Shown here: piece by piece, positions 39,514 through 55,290 of the stretch
How the letters are laid out: each line of letters starts with the position of its first letter
Numbering within the stretch: position 1 is the first letter of the stretch
Origin: Octopus vulgaris
Taxonomy: Eukaryota
Direction of reading: 5' to 3'
Assembly: GCA_951406725.2 (NCBI GenBank)
Contig: OX597829.1
Coordinates: 42,780,001-42,844,000 of the forward strand
Length of the DNA stretch: 64,000 nucleotides
Position numbers and translations under genes: made by a program
Notes under the pieces: model-generated
Database searches by the model: none
What the model saw: the letters and a program-made list of their open reading frames with translations, nothing else
What the model was told of the DNA's origin: nothing

Positions 39514-39546
<33 letters not shown>

Positions 39547-40254
39547 AACAAACAGATGGATAGATATTTAGATATAGATATACAAATTCGATTCTACATG
39601 CATGTAGATTTACAATACGCATATGTAAATGCTAGTATAGACACGTATATGTACTATGTGCGTGTAAACACACACTCACACATACACACACACACACGCA
39701 CGCGCACACATATACACATATACTCAGACACACGTGCACATAAACATACCTATATTATATGCATAATCAATGTATAGTGTATAATTGGGACAAAATATGA
39801 ACAACACACGGACACACACACACTAAAATTATCTCCCTCTCAATCTCTTTCGGTGTGTGTATATATATATATAAATAGATATATATATATATATATACAT
39901 GCATACATATATACATATATATATATATATGTATATATACGTATATAAATGCATATATTCATATATATACATATACAATATATATATATATATATAAATA
40001 TGTATGTATATGCATATATATAATATACACTTACACACATATATACTGTATATATGTATATGTGTGTATATCTATATGTATATATATATATATGTGTGTG
40101 TGTGTATATATATATGTATATATATATATACGTTTATGTATAGATATATGTATGTAAATATGAATGTCTGTGTGTATACATACATACATACATACGTACA
40201 TGCATATAGATATATATTTATACATACACACAACGCACGCACATACACACAACG

Positions 40255-40317
<63 letters not shown>

Positions 40318-40993
40318 AAGCAGGCAGACACACATATACATATATATATATGTTTGTTTGTTTTTTTCTTTCCATGATTTCTCCTTATTTTCTCTTTTCT
40401 TCTGAAAATGTTGCAAATGTCTCTTTAGGGATTATACATCATTATCCTATACCATTTCGCTGTCTATGCCCCTTTACTTGCTCACATTGCTCCCTTTTTC
40501 CATGAGAGCAAACTCCTTCAGATACACACTACACAGTAATTAGCTGGACCATCGAAGCCACAAGATTCTTCAATAGAACACTAACGAGCCCCCGCCTCTC
40601 ATCCAAAACAGCGAAACATACGGGAAGTGAGGGAAGGAGAGCGTTCTATGTGCACGTGAGTATGTCAGAGTGCGTGCATGTATGTGTATTTGAGTGTGTG
40701 TGTGTGTGTGTGTGTGTGTGCGTATATATGGATGTATGTTTGTATATATGTCTGTTCATATGTACACATACGTGTGAGTGTACACACATACACTAACACA
40801 CATACACATGCACTAACACACACACATACACTAACACACACACACACACACACACTAACACGCACACACACACAAACACATACTGACACACACAAGCGCG
40901 CACTCATGCTTTTTACATGTACATGAGTAGCTACGTGTTTATATATTTGCACTTGTATATATATGAGATATATATGACATGATATGATACGAT

Positions 40994-41046
<53 letters not shown>

Positions 41047-41147
41047 CTGTGTGTGTGTGTGTTTACATGTTATATATCATTAGATATGTGTGTGTGTGTA
41101 TTTGTATGTAGATGTTCATATATACACATGCATACACATGTCCAACC

Positions 41148-41179
<32 letters not shown>

Positions 41180-41749
41180 ATTATTAAAACGGGAAAAACC
41201 ACTGAAAGAGCTAACGAAAAAGAGACACGTGAGAGAGATAGGATGAAACCGATAGCAGCAAAGATGAAGAGAGTTAAAAGGAGCATTGATTAAGCGACGT
41301 ATTTGCCAAAATTCACTTCATCTATCATTATTCATCGGCCAAACAGTGTGTTGTTTCCCAGATTCGCCGAGCGCCAGCTTAGCGGCAATGGATGACACGG
41401 ATGGCGTAGCAATAGCATAGCAACCGGAAGTTGTCCTGCAACTAAGCTTTCAAAGGCAGACATATTTTTCTTCTCGTTTACATCCCATTCACACTCTTTG
41501 TCTTTTCTTTCCCTCTATTTATAACCAGTGGAATATTTGTATGTGGATGGGTGTGTTAATTTTTTTTTTGTTTGTTGGGTGGAGGGGGAGGTGTTTGTTG
41601 CAGCTGTTGTTGTTGTTGTTGTTGTTGATGATGTTGTTGGTGTTGGTGTTTCATGTATGAAATGAAATCATTTCTTCCTACATTATTCGTCATTTTATTT
41701 CTTGTTGTTTTTTAAACTGATGATTAATATGCAACTTCATCATCAGTAA

Positions 41750-41758
41750 CAAATAATG

Positions 41759-41824
<66 letters not shown>

Positions 41825-41842
41825 GTAATAATAATAATAATA

Positions 41843-41895
<53 letters not shown>

Positions 41896-41960
41896 AATAA
41901 TGATGATGGTGGTGGTGGTGGTGGTGGTGGTGGTGGTGGTGGTGGTGATGATGATGGTGG

Positions 41961-42012
<52 letters not shown>

Positions 42013-42043
42013 GATGGTGATGGTGATGGTGATGATGATGATG

Positions 42044-42077
<34 letters not shown>

Positions 42078-42120
42078 TAATAATAATACTATTAATAACA
42101 ATAATAATAATAATAATCCA
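41750..42120. repeat. (AAT)n-(GAT)n-(GGT)n compound microsatellite
   Basis: Direct inspection. Confidence 0.95.
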
Positions 42121-42394
42121 AATCCAGGCATTCGCCGAGCTAGCAGGAGGAGGGAGTGAAAAGGCAAGTGTCTGGCGTCTTCGAATAACTGGTGCTCTGA
42201 ATAGGCCGAGCTCGTTATACTTGAATGACAATCAGCCTAATGGGAGGACCACTCCGATTTCAATACAAGGGGAACAAGTCCTCTTCCACCTTGGTGGACA
42301 ACCTTGGTAGAGATGGTGTCTCCATAAAAAATATTGGTTGGTGTTAACCTAAAAAAACACGCCTTATTTATGAGTAAAATTGTCAAGTAAAATA

Positions 42395-42808
42395 TATTTC
42401 TTTACTGCCCACAAGGGGCTAAACTTAGAGGGGACAAACAAGGATAGACGAAGGGATTGAGTCGATTATATCGCCCCCAGTGCGAAACTGGTACTTTATT
42501 TATCGACCCCGAAAGGATGAAAGGCAAAGTCGACCTCGGCGGAATTTGAACTCAGAACGTAACGACAGACGAAATACCTATTTCTTTATTACCCACAAGG
42601 GGCTAAACATAGAGGGAACAAACAAGGACAGACGAAGGGATTGAGTCGATTATATCGCCCCCAGTGCGAAACTGGTACTTTATTTATCGACCCCGAAAGG
42701 ATGAAAGGCAAAGTCGACCTCGGCGGAATTTGAACTCAGAACGTAACGACAGACGAAATACCGCTAAGCATTTCACCCGGCGCGCTAACGTGTCTGCCAG
42801 CTCGCCGC
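42395..42808 (-). mobile_element. SINE family B, tandem dimer
   Basis: Two head-to-tail copies on the minus strand. Confidence 0.85.
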
Positions 42809-43125
42809 CTGCTGACTACAACAGTTGAACAGAACTGGAAACAATCGTGAGGGAGTGTGGCGCACCCGGAAGGTGCTCCATTGTGCCTCAGGGTGGTCCC
42901 GGTTGTAATATCAGTCATTGCTAGCCATGCTGTAAGACAAAAGTGGAGTAAACAAGTAAACACGATGGTTATGGAGTGTTATTACTGTGGCATCCAGTGT
43001 GCCAGTCAGAGGATACAGACAACGAATTCACAGAATGAAAAGCAATAGGTTGTTTGAAATTACTGAACAGAGATTATGTGATCAAGCATGAGCAATACGA
43101 AAGAATGGATGGTTATCAGAACTAA

Positions 43126-43540
43126 GGCGGCGAGCTGGCAGAAACGTTAGCACGCCGGGCGAAATGCTTAGCGGTATTTCGTCTGTCGCTACGTTCTGAG
43201 TTCAAATTCCGCCGAGGTCGACTTTGCCTTTCATCCTTTCGGGGTCGATTGAATAAGTACCAGTTACGCACTGGGGTCGATATAATCGACTTAATCCGTT
43301 TGTCTGTTCTTGGTTGTCTCTTCTGTGTTTAGCCCCTCGTGGGTAGTAAAGAAATAGGTATTTCGACTGGTGCTACGTTCTGAGTTCAAATTCCGCCGAG
43401 GTCGACTTTGCCTTTCATCATTTCGGGGTCGATAAATTAAGTACCAGTTACGCACTGGGGTCGATATAATCGACTTAATCCGTTTGTCTGTCCTTGTTTG
43501 TCCCCTCTGTGTTTAGCCCCTTGTGGGTAGTAAAGAAATA
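43126..43540 (+). mobile_element. SINE family B, tandem dimer
   Basis: TSD ggttatcagaact; internal junction aaagaaata|ggtatttcg. Confidence 0.9.
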
Positions 43541-43858
43541 GGTTATCAGAACTGGAGTTAGAGACCATGAAAAGAAGGATGTCAAGTGATGATGGGCATA
43601 CGAAAAACGAAAGTGGCATAATGAAAGAAACTAACAGTTGCCTACAAGAATATACTGGCGCTAGCCGTGAAAGAATCGAGATCAGTGAGTATTTAAACGA
43701 CGAAGACTAGATGATGATAAGCAAAATTTTGGATCTACTAAATGCAGAAGAGACAGAATTTAGATGCGGCTGACACTTTCCATCATACGCAGCAAAATAA
43801 GCTGTGAGATTTCATATGATGATGATGATGATGAAGTGGATTATTATTATTATTATTA

Positions 43859-44120
<262 letters not shown>

Positions 44121-44154
44121 CATTATTATTATTATTGTTGTTGTTATTATATTA

Positions 44155-44866
<712 letters not shown>

Positions 44867-44882
44867 GTTGTTGTTATTATTA

Positions 44883-44950
<68 letters not shown>

Positions 44951-45767
44951 GGCCACTAAGGCCGACATATAGGGTACAATACAGCAGGCACCTACAGTGG
45001 GGAATTTACACAAAAAAAACAACGAGTACACAAGACAGTTAAATAACAATAATATAAAACAAAAGAATATAACAATGAAAGTTTCCGAATAAGGAGGGTA
45101 ACCACCTGGAGGTGACTCAGTACACCACCAATCAAGAATGCTTACCTTAGCAAGGATAAAATTACCTAATAGGGAACTGATTAACCAACTTGAAACAAAA
45201 GGCTACAAATACCTTAGCTCGCTAGAGTTCAACGAAATTAAGGAGAAGGAAAAAAAAACCAAAATGAAGACTGGATATTTCCGAAGACTAATATTGATGT
45301 TGCACACAAGATTGACCGGATGAAATAAAATTCAAGCAATCAGTACATGAGCGATGGCATCACTTCGGCATGGAACTGGAGGCTTAAACTGGCAAAAGAA
45401 AGAACTGATAAATATGGCTACGATGCCACGGAAAATATTGACTGTGTACAGAGTATTCTATCTCAAGAGTGACACTGATAGGTTGTCCTTGTTCACAAGA
45501 AAGGCTGAGAGAAGTTTGATTAGTTGTCAGGATTGCGTTGAAGCAGAGGAAAAAAAACTTGGGTGGGCATGTAAAAAATACTGTGGAACAATTGTTGAAC
45601 CACGTGAAGAGTCCGGCGTCATTAAAACTAATGATTGTGCAGAGAAAGAAAAAGTTAAAGAGGAAAAAAAATCTCGAAAAAAGGAAATAGTATGAAAGCA
45701 GTTAAAAATGCCAGGTTAGTTTGCAAGGAATTCGAACGCCAAGACAGATACAGAAGACCGGTGGTTG

Positions 45768-46110
45768 TGGTGAGCTGGCAGAAACGTTAGCACGCCGGGC
45801 GAAATGCGTAGCCGTATTTCGTCTGCCGTTACGTTCTGGGTTCAAATTCCGCCGAGGTTGACTTTGCCTTTCATCCTTTCGGGGTCGATTAAATAAGTAC
45901 CAGTTACGCACTGGGGTCAATGTAATTGACTTAATCCGTTTGTACGTTCTGAGTTCAAATTCCGCCGAGGTTGACTTTGCCTTTCATCCTTTCGGGGTCG
46001 ATTAAATAAGTACCAGTTACGCACTGGGGTCAATGTAATTGACTTAGTCCGTTTGTCTGTCCTTGTTTGTCCCCTCTATGTTTAGCCCCTTGTGGGTAGT
46101 AAAGAAATAG
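45768..46110 (+). mobile_element. SINE family B with internal duplication
   Basis: TSD ggtggttgtgg. Confidence 0.85.
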
Positions 46111-46352
46111 GTGGTTGTGGATGAGGAGGAATGACCTGAAAGTAGAGACTGAAACGCTTATATGCGTGGCACAAAAACAAATGTTAAGGATTAACTATGG
46201 GAAGTGCAATATCAACAACATTATCGAGAGCGACAAATGTAGAATGTATAGTGAGAGGGATGATACGGTATGGCACATTGTTAGCGAACGCCTGAAATTG
46301 GAGCAAAAGACATGACAATGTGGTAAGAATGATCTTTTGGGAGCTCTGTGTT

Positions 46353-46652
46353 GAGGCACATGGCCTAGTGGTTAGAGCAGCGGACTCGCGGTCGAGGGAT
46401 CGCGGGTTCGAATTTCAGACCGGACGATGTATGTGTTTATGAGCGAAACACCTAATCTCCACGCGGCTCTGGCAGAAGGTAATGGCGAAACTTCTGCTGA
46501 CTCTTTCGCGACAACTTTCTCTCACTCTTTCCTTCTGCACCTGGCAGCTCACCTGCGACGGACCGGCGTCCCGTCCAGGTGGGGAACCTATACGCCAAAA
46601 AAACCAGGAAACCGGCCCTTATGAGCCAGGCATGGCTCGAGAAGGGACAAAC
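46353..46652 (+). mobile_element. SINE family C
   Basis: tRNA head tggcctagtgg...ggttcgaatt; TSD gggagctctgtg. Confidence 0.8.
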
Positions 46653-47202
46653 ATTGGGAGCTCTGTGGATATAACGGCCTACAAAGAGCAAAGATGTGGT
46701 GTGACCAAATTCCAGAAGGAGTTACTGACAATGAAGTTGCAATGATTCAGTGTGCCCATCAGATCAAACATAGGAAACCGGACATTGCTGTGGTGAATAA
46801 AAAAAAACCCCAAAGAATATGCATGATAATCGAAGTAGCATGTCCCGGTGACAACAGGATCAAAGAGAAAGAAGAAAACTGAACAACTATGGCGATTTGA
46901 AGTGGGAAATACGCAGGTTGTGATCAATGAAGAGAGTGGGCGTGATACCAGTGGTAAATAGCGCACTTGGAAGTATCTGCACTCAACTACCAAAATGACT
47001 GAAAAAGACTGGCACAAATGTAGAAATAGAGCATTTACCAAAACCATTATTTCGTGTAACCGTAAGAGCTCTCAGCAGGGTTCTTTAAGCATAATCAGTA
47101 AACAAGTGTCACCTTAGTCTGCTGGCTGTGGACAGCTGACACTTTCCATCATACGCAGCAAAATAAGCTGTGAGATTTCATATGATGATGATGATGAAAT
47201 GG

Positions 47203-47290
<88 letters not shown>

Positions 47291-47304
47291 CATTATTATC
47301 ATCA

Positions 47305-47369
<65 letters not shown>

Positions 47370-47384
47370 GTTGTTGTTATTATT

Positions 47385-48540
47385 GGCCACTAAGGCCGAC
47401 ATATAGGGTACAATACAGTAGACATGCGCAGTGGGGAATTTACACAAAAAAAACAACGAGTACACAAGACAGTTAAATAACAATAATATAAAACAAAAGA
47501 ATATAACAATGAAAGTTTCCGAATAAGGTGGGTAACCACCTGGAGATGACTCAGTACCCCACCAATCCTGAACACTCGACGTTTCGAGGGCATCCGGGAA
47601 GAGCATCCTTCTCCCTCTCAAATTCACTATGCTACAGGCACATTATCAGAGTAGGTCCTCTCTCAGGGCCCATTTTCGCTACATTCACCTACCTTTTAGC
47701 AAATGTACTGGGAGGCTGCGCTTCTCTCTCTCTCTGCCCTCATCTTCCTTTGCAAGTGAAATTTGAAAAAAAGTTGATGTGTCTTTCTTCAGCCCTTTTA
47801 ACCTGGTCCACCATACAACCTCTTTCGCTAATGTTTATCAGACAGAGGGGAATTGCCTTCGCTTCCTGACCGATGGAAAGCGGCGGATCGATCTTCATTA
47901 TGTATTTCTTTATTACCCACAAGGGGCTAAACATAGAGGGGACAAACAAGGACAGACAAAGGTATTAAGTCGATTACATCGACCCCAGTGCGTAACTGGT
48001 ACTTATTTTATCGACCCCGAAAGGATGAAAGGCAAAGTCGACCTCGGAGGAATTTGAACTCTGAACGTAACGGCAGACGAAATACGGCTACGCATTTCGC
48101 CCGGTGTGCTAACGATTCTGCCAGCTCGCCGCCTTATATCGATCTTCATTATGGACTCGGCCGATAGCCGGATTCGTCCTACACGTTATAACAGCTGTTC
48201 AACATAACTCCACAAGTCAATAATGTAAGAACACTGGACGAGTGCGCGCCGCAGAACGATTTCGTCGCTCTGCGCGCATCTTGGGCAGGTCCGTCTGACA
48301 GCACTTCCGTACCTGTAGAGTTTATCTCGAACCGGCAGTGCCCCTCCCCACCCCGGTATTACTGCCAAGCAAGGGACTTCTGAAAGTTATCCATCGTCCC
48401 CGGCTCGAAACTCCTCTTAAATACACTGGTCAGCTCCATTTCGTGAACGCCTAACGTCTCCCCAAGTGCGTCATCATTCTTTCCCTCGACTAACCCTCTA
48501 TAGAACTTAAGACTTAAATTGTTGACCCTTCCCTGTAAGC
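47385..48540 (-). mobile_element. Tx1/L1-like LINE 3' fragment (ORF2 cysteine-rich region and 3' UTR), with SINE B at 47903-48133
   Basis: GALPVRDKLYRYG...TCPRCAQSDE...ALVQC...LW; SINE TSD atcgatcttcattatg at 47887 and 48138. Confidence 0.75.
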
Positions 48541-48781
48541 CTTACGGTGCCGGAAACGACATGCTTAGCTTCCAATACCCGGGTCCTAACTTACGCTTGA
48601 TATCTAGGTCGAACTTACAGATTACCTACTTATGATCTGAATATGCGATCGTTTTAAAATGTGGACATCCTATACTATTACTATTTTTCTAGTGAAAATA
48701 CTATCTATAGACGATCTAGATGACCCTAAGCGGATTCTGGCGATTGATGTTTGCGTGGATGGTATCTGTACTATTCATTGT

Positions 48782-48943
48782 GGCGAGCTAGCAGAAACGT
48801 TAGCTCGCCGGGCGAAATGCTTTGCGGTATTTCGTCTATTAAGTACCAGTTACGCACTGGGGTCGATATAATCGACTTAATCCTCTTGTCTGTCCTTGTT
48901 TATCCCCTCTGTGTTTAGCTCCTTGTGGGTAGTAAAGAAATAG
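48782..48943 (+). mobile_element. SINE family B, internally deleted
   Basis: TSD ggtatctgtactattcattgtgg. Confidence 0.8.
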
Positions 48944-49199
48944 GTATCTGTACTATTCATTGTGGATGTTGTTATGCTCCGTGGATTTTTTCATTTGTGC
49001 TTTCTTTTTTGCTTTTTGGGCCTTTTGGTTTTCCTTCATCTTCACTACAGGAAGATGAGGAGTCTGTGGCTGTAAGTCTGTCTGTGTGTATGTTTATATT
49101 CTTATTTACAAGTGTAGTTATTAATGTGGGGTAAGTAGAAAAACGTTTCCCCTTGGGTGATTAATGTCTTTGGTGGCGTTTCGCTTGTTGTTGCTGTTT

Positions 49200-49760
49200 G
49201 TCTTGCCGATGCTGGTGTTGGTTGTGGTCCTCATCTCGATACAGGCAGCAGTGGAGGCCTTCGACCCTTTAAACTTTTTATCAGTTGAGGGCAGAAGGCT
49301 CGCAAATGAGTAGTTTCTCTGCAAACGAAACAATGGGGTCTTTTGCCCTCAGTCATTATGTGCAATAACGTCCCGTTCTGGAGACGGATGTGATCCGAGA
49401 TTCTTTTGAAGTTTTCGGGCGGGATCTGGAGAAGTATCTCCTGATCCACCTCAGATTAACCCTCTCTGGCAGTCTTTGTCACCACTTTCGAGATGGCATC
49501 TAACCCTTGCTCGATTACGCATCCCAGACGCTACTACATGTAAAGTCCTGGTGGAATCTTGGGAATGTGAACACGCGCTATTCTTTTTCCAATATGGAAT
49601 GGGTACATAATGACCGTGCTGCTTTTGCAAGGGGTCATTGAGTGTTTCATAGCGAGGGCTTCTGACTTAAAAAGCACCGAAATGGTGTCATATTGTCTGC
49701 CCTCGCTATATACTCGGTTTGATACATCTCAGCGCAGCTTCAATATCTGCTTGTGCTATT
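49200..49760 (-). mobile_element. Decayed Tx1/L1-like ORF1 fragment
   Basis: TEGKRPHCFVCRETTHLRAFCP zinc knuckle. Confidence 0.65.
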
Positions 49761-49794
49761 ATTGCTGGTTTCTTTGTCTTCAATTGCTTTTATT

Positions 49795-50262
49795 GGGATA
49801 ATTAAGTTAGAAAAAATAACAAAGTACCAGGACCAGTCTAGTGAATTACAAAGGCTATGGAAAGTGCAGGTAAAATGTATCCCAGTAGTTATAGGTGCGT
49901 TGAGAACTATCCCCAAAGATTTGAACAGATGGATAAAAGAAATAGGTATAGAACCCAGGCGGGGAGCTGGCAGAGACGTTAGCACGCCGGGCGAAATGCG
50001 TGGCCGTATTTCGTCTGACGTTACGTTCTGAGTTCAAATTCCGCCGAGGTCGACTTTACCTTTCATCCTTTCGGGGTCGATAAATTAAGTACCAGTTACG
50101 CACTGGGGTCGATGTAATCGACTTAATACCTATGTCTGTCCTTGTTTGTCCCCTCTATGTTTAGCCCCTTGTGGGTAATCAAGAAATAGGTACAGAACCC
50201 AGTTTAGTACAGCTCCAGAAAACAGTGTTATTAGGGACAGCTAGGATACTTAGGAGGGTTTT
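49795..50262 (+). mobile_element. R4/Dong 3' fragment with SINE B at 49958-50190
   Basis: KITKYQD...ELQRLW...IPVVIGALRTIP...LQKTVLLGTARILRRVL. Confidence 0.8.
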
Positions 50263-50555
50263 GATGCTTTTTGTAGTTGTGGTTGAATAGTGCGCATTGC
50301 TTTTGTTGTTAGTATTTGGGCGAGTGTGTCGGAGTGGTGCTAGTGTAAGTGATTGTCCTCGTCCTGTCTTTTCGCCTTCAGCTTACGACGGCCTTTTAAA
50401 ACTATTTTTCCGCTTTTCCCCAACATCACTCCTTCTTGGTGGATTCAGTTCCTCATCGTATCATGATAACGCATATGAATCGCCAGTGTGGGGAGTATAT
50501 GGAGTATCCGTGTCGCCCGTCTGTAGGGATGGTCGGGCATTGCTTGTTTCCACCG

Positions 50556-50810
50556 CTACATTCTGGTGGTAGAATTCTGATGATGAAGATGTTGCTTTAA
50601 TGGCTGTTGCTGCAGCATTTGGCCTTCTTGTGGTGGTGGTAGCAAAGCCACCGTTCCTCGAGCTCCATTCTGTTGCTGTTGTGGGCAGAGGGCTTTCAAA
50701 TGTGTGTTTGACCTAAAAGTTTGACACCTTGACTTTCTACCTTTCACCAGAACTTGGAGTTGTGCTCTGTTGGGTAGCTCGATAAGGTCGATTTCACTCG
50801 GGAGTACCAT
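50556..50810 (-). mobile_element. Decayed Tx1/L1-like ORF1 fragment
   Basis: LVKGRKSRCQTFRSNTHLKALCP, a degenerate knuckle. Confidence 0.55.
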
Positions 50811-51446
50811 TCTATAGCCACCCCTCTCTCTCTCATTTACATGTGGTAATCCTTACATACATGTTGAAATGCATGATACTAAAATACATATATGGAGTTA
50901 TATATAACCGTACGAGCGTACATTGTTTGATACGTATGTACGTATGTGTAGATGTATATGTGTGTGTACGTGTGTGTATGTGTTGTGTGTTGTGTATAAG
51001 TATGTACATGCATGCACATATGAGTATGTGTGGATATATGTATGTATTCTATCTATATGTATGCATAAAAAAAGAATAAATAGAATAAAATAAAGCAAGT
51101 TTGAATTTTAACCGTTGTCCTTCAAAAGAGTGTCATATATATATGAATATGTATGTGTGTATGTATGAGTATATATATGTACATATGTATGTAGAGATGG
51201 ATAAGCGTATATGTGTGTGTGTGTCTATATAAATGTATACGTGCGTATATATACAACCTTCAACAAGGTAACAGTCATGTATACAACTTGAACTGACACA
51301 TATCAGTACATAAACATACGTTCACATGTACATACACACACAAACACGGCTAGATACATACATACATACATACATACATACATACATACATACATACATA
51401 CATACATACATACATACATACATACATACATACATACATACATACA

Positions 51447-51479
<33 letters not shown>

Positions 51480-51545
51480 GTACATACACACATACATACG
51501 TACATAAGTACATATATATCATGAACTAACTGTTACTTTCTCATA

Positions 51546-51747
51546 TGCAGCACGGATTTTTGTCAGTGAAGAGGTCGCGGTCTCAAAGCGACGAAAATAT
51601 TTTCACAAATTAAATTTAAATGATGAAGTGAATCTTACGGTTTTTGTGTTTCTCAAATGGCTTATAAACACCTTCTACGCTACAATTGTTTTCGTTCCAG
51701 CACACGATCTCAGATCAGGTCACTTGCTATGCAAGTACATCTCCGTG
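51546..51747 (+). mobile_element. Non-palindromic copy of the 16478-16806 hammerhead element
   Basis: cacggatttttgtcagtgaagaggtcgc...gcgacgaaaatatt...agtacatctc. Confidence 0.8.
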
Positions 51748-53255
51748 ATATACACACACACACACATATATATATATATTTATATATATTTATATATACA
51801 ACGGGCTTCTTTCAGTTTCCATCTACCAAATTCACTCACAATGTTTTGGTCGGCCCGAGGCTATAGTAGACAACACTTGACCAATGTGCCACGCAGTTGG
51901 AATGAATCTGGAATCATGCGGTTTGAAAGCAAGATTCTTACCATATATATATATATATATATATATAGATACAGATATAGATACACACACCACGCACACG
52001 CGCACACACGCACACGCGCACACACGCACACGCGCACACACGCACACGCGCACACACGCACACAGAAACACAGACACACACGGACACATTAACACTGCCA
52101 TGTTTACTAACTGTGTGTGTGTGTGTATGTGTATGTGTGTGTGTTCGTATCTATTTATGTATGTATATGTATGTATATGTATATGCACATATATATGTAG
52201 ACGAGTGTGTGTGCATGCATATATACGCAAAGGAACGGCTATACGCACAAACGTCCACATGTATATGTTTATTATCTATACGTAAAATTCTTCACGCAGT
52301 CCATTCTTATATGTCTAAAATTATACACTAAATGTCTATAGAGTAGGCAAACTGGCAGAAAGAGAACATTAAAATAAATTCGTATTTTATTGAAAAAGAA
52401 TCCTCAAGTAATAATAACATTTAATAAACGTCGTCAAATCTGCAAATTCATTGGATAAGCAAGAGACAGTAAAAATATCCAAATCTAACATGTGATAAAC
52501 ATAACGTTATTTCAAACTTGAAACGACGAGAGTTCATTTTATCTTAGTCAGTCAGAACGTGGGTTTTTTTTCTTTACTATTTGGGGGGATCATAAACAAT
52601 AAACTATGAGAATAAAACGTATTTGAATTAATGACATACAGTATTAAACGCATTAGCACACCTCTGCGACAAGTCGGTACGTTCGTTACCACAAACACAT
52701 GAAAAGTTCCACAAGACAAAAGCAAAAACAAAACAAAAAAAACAGTATACACCATTAAAAGCCAATTTGCTTCTAAGCATTGTCGTCGGCACCAAACATA
52801 GCCATAACATTTCCTATTTGAATCGTGTGTTTCTGTGTGCAAGTATATATATATATATATAATGTATGTATGTATGTGTTTGTCCGTCTATCTATTTTTC
52901 TGCCTGTATGTATATATTGTTACACGTCTCTATGTAAAATATAAATTATACTTTTTACGATGTATAAATGTACATATATACATACGCAGAAACAGGCACA
53001 AAAACACGCACACATACAGATACATATACATACATTCACAGATACACACACACACACACACACACACATATGTATATACCTATAATGTATGATTTCGTGT
53101 GTTTGCGCGCGCGCGTGTCAGTACAAGTACATGTGTATGAATGTATGTGTGTATGCGTATCTGTTAGTGTATGCATACATATCAGAGTGGCTGCTGTGTG
53201 TCAATGTGTATGAATGATCTTTAGATGTCATTCATTATTTTATATTTGTTAGAAA

Positions 53256-54200
53256 GCGGCGAACTGGCAGAATGGTTAGCACGCCGGGCGAAATGCTTTG
53301 TGATATTTCGTCTGCCGTTACGTCCTGAGTTCGACTTTACCTTTACCTCCTGAGTTCGCCGAGGTCGACTTTACCTTTCATCCTTTCGGGGTCGATTAAA
53401 TAAGTACCAGTTACGCACTGGGGTCGATGTAATCGACTTAATCCCTTTGTTTGTCCTCTCTGTGTTTAGCCCCTTGTGGATAGTAAAGAAATAGGTATTT
53501 CGTCTGCCGTTACGTTCTGAGTTCAAATTCTGCCGAGGTCGACTTTGCCTTTCATCCTTTCGGGGTCGATAAATTAAGAACCAGCTACACACTGGGGTCG
53601 ATATATTCGTCTTAATCCCTTTGTCTGTCCTTGTTTGTCCTCTCTGTGTTTAGACCCTTGTGGATAGTAAAGAAATAGGTATTTCGTCTGCCGTTACGTT
53701 CTGAGTTCAAATTCTGCCGAGGTCGACTTTACCCTTCATCCTTTCGGGGTCGATTAAATAAGTACCAGTTACGCACTGGGGTCGATATAATCGACTTAAT
53801 CCGTTTGTCTGTCCTTATTTGACCTCTCTGTGTTTAGCCCTTGTGGGTAGTAAAGAAATAGGTATTTCGTCTGCCGTTACGTTCTGAGTTCAAATTCTGC
53901 CGAGGTCGACTTTGCCTTTCATCCTTTCAGGGTCGATAAATTAAGTACCAGTTACGCACTGGGGATCGATGTAATCGACTTAATCCCTTTGTCTGTCCTT
54001 GTTTGTCCCTTCTATGTTTAATCCTTTGTGGGCAATAAAGAAATAAGAAACGTTAACACGCTAGGCGAAATGCTTAACGTTGTTTCGTCTGTCTTTACGT
54101 TTAGAGTTCAAATTCCGCCGAGGTCGACTTTGCCTATCATCTTTTCGGGATCGCTAAATAAAGTACCATTTGCGTACTCGGATAGATCTAATCGACTAAT
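53256..54200 (+). mobile_element. SINE family B tandem array (about 184-bp units, 4-5 copies)
   Basis: Junctions aagaaataggtatttcgtctg near 53491, 53675 and 53858. Confidence 0.9.
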
Positions 54201-54477
54201 TTCGGGCCTTGTGCCTAGAGTATAAAAGATTATTTTATATTTGTTGGCGGGATGGGGCTGCGATAGCAGTTCTTTTTCAAATCACATACACAGTGTGTTG
54301 TTATTGCTTGCTTCTTCTAAGAGGAAATAGATCTCGGTTGATTTCAATAATGGCTATTCTGTTCATCGACAAACTGAATAGCATACTTTTTGACTTAGAA
54401 CAGGAGTTCTCAAGCTTCTTTTTTTTTTATCTATGGACCCCATTGATTACTATTTTATTCTAGTGGACCCCATACGC

Positions 54478-54733
<256 letters not shown>

Positions 54734-54953
54734 GAAACGATTTACCAAGGAGGCTCAGATGTGTGACAAGAAGTATGCTTCCTAGGTTTTGGTTCTGTCT
54801 AGGTTCAGTCCCACTGTCCGTCCCTAGGACAAGTGTCTTCTTTAGCCCTGGACCGACCAAATTACTTTGTGTTGATTTGTTAGACGGAAACTTAAAACAA
54901 TCCGTCTTTACTTAAAACAGTAAAGTTAATCTCTACATCAACTAGTTTGTTTG

Positions 54954-55023
<70 letters not shown>

Positions 55024-55064
55024 GAAATTAATTAATAATTAATTGATTTCACCCTTGATTATTG

Positions 55065-55097
<33 letters not shown>

Positions 55098-55290
55098 ATT
55101 ATCAATAATCAAGGGTGAAATCAATTAATTATTAATTAATTTCACCAAGTAGTGTTCAGTATGTAAAAGGACCATTCAAAATATTGCGTTATATAATTAG
55201 GGCTCAGTAAAATAATTTACTTTGCCACATACTGAAAATTTTAGAAATAGCAGCCAAAACGTTTTTTTAGCCATTTCTACTACGTTAAGA
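55024..55290. mobile_element. (TA)n-embedded element with inverted duplication of one end
   Basis: 55024-55070 is inverted at about 55097-55143 around a (TA)n spacer. Confidence 0.7.
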
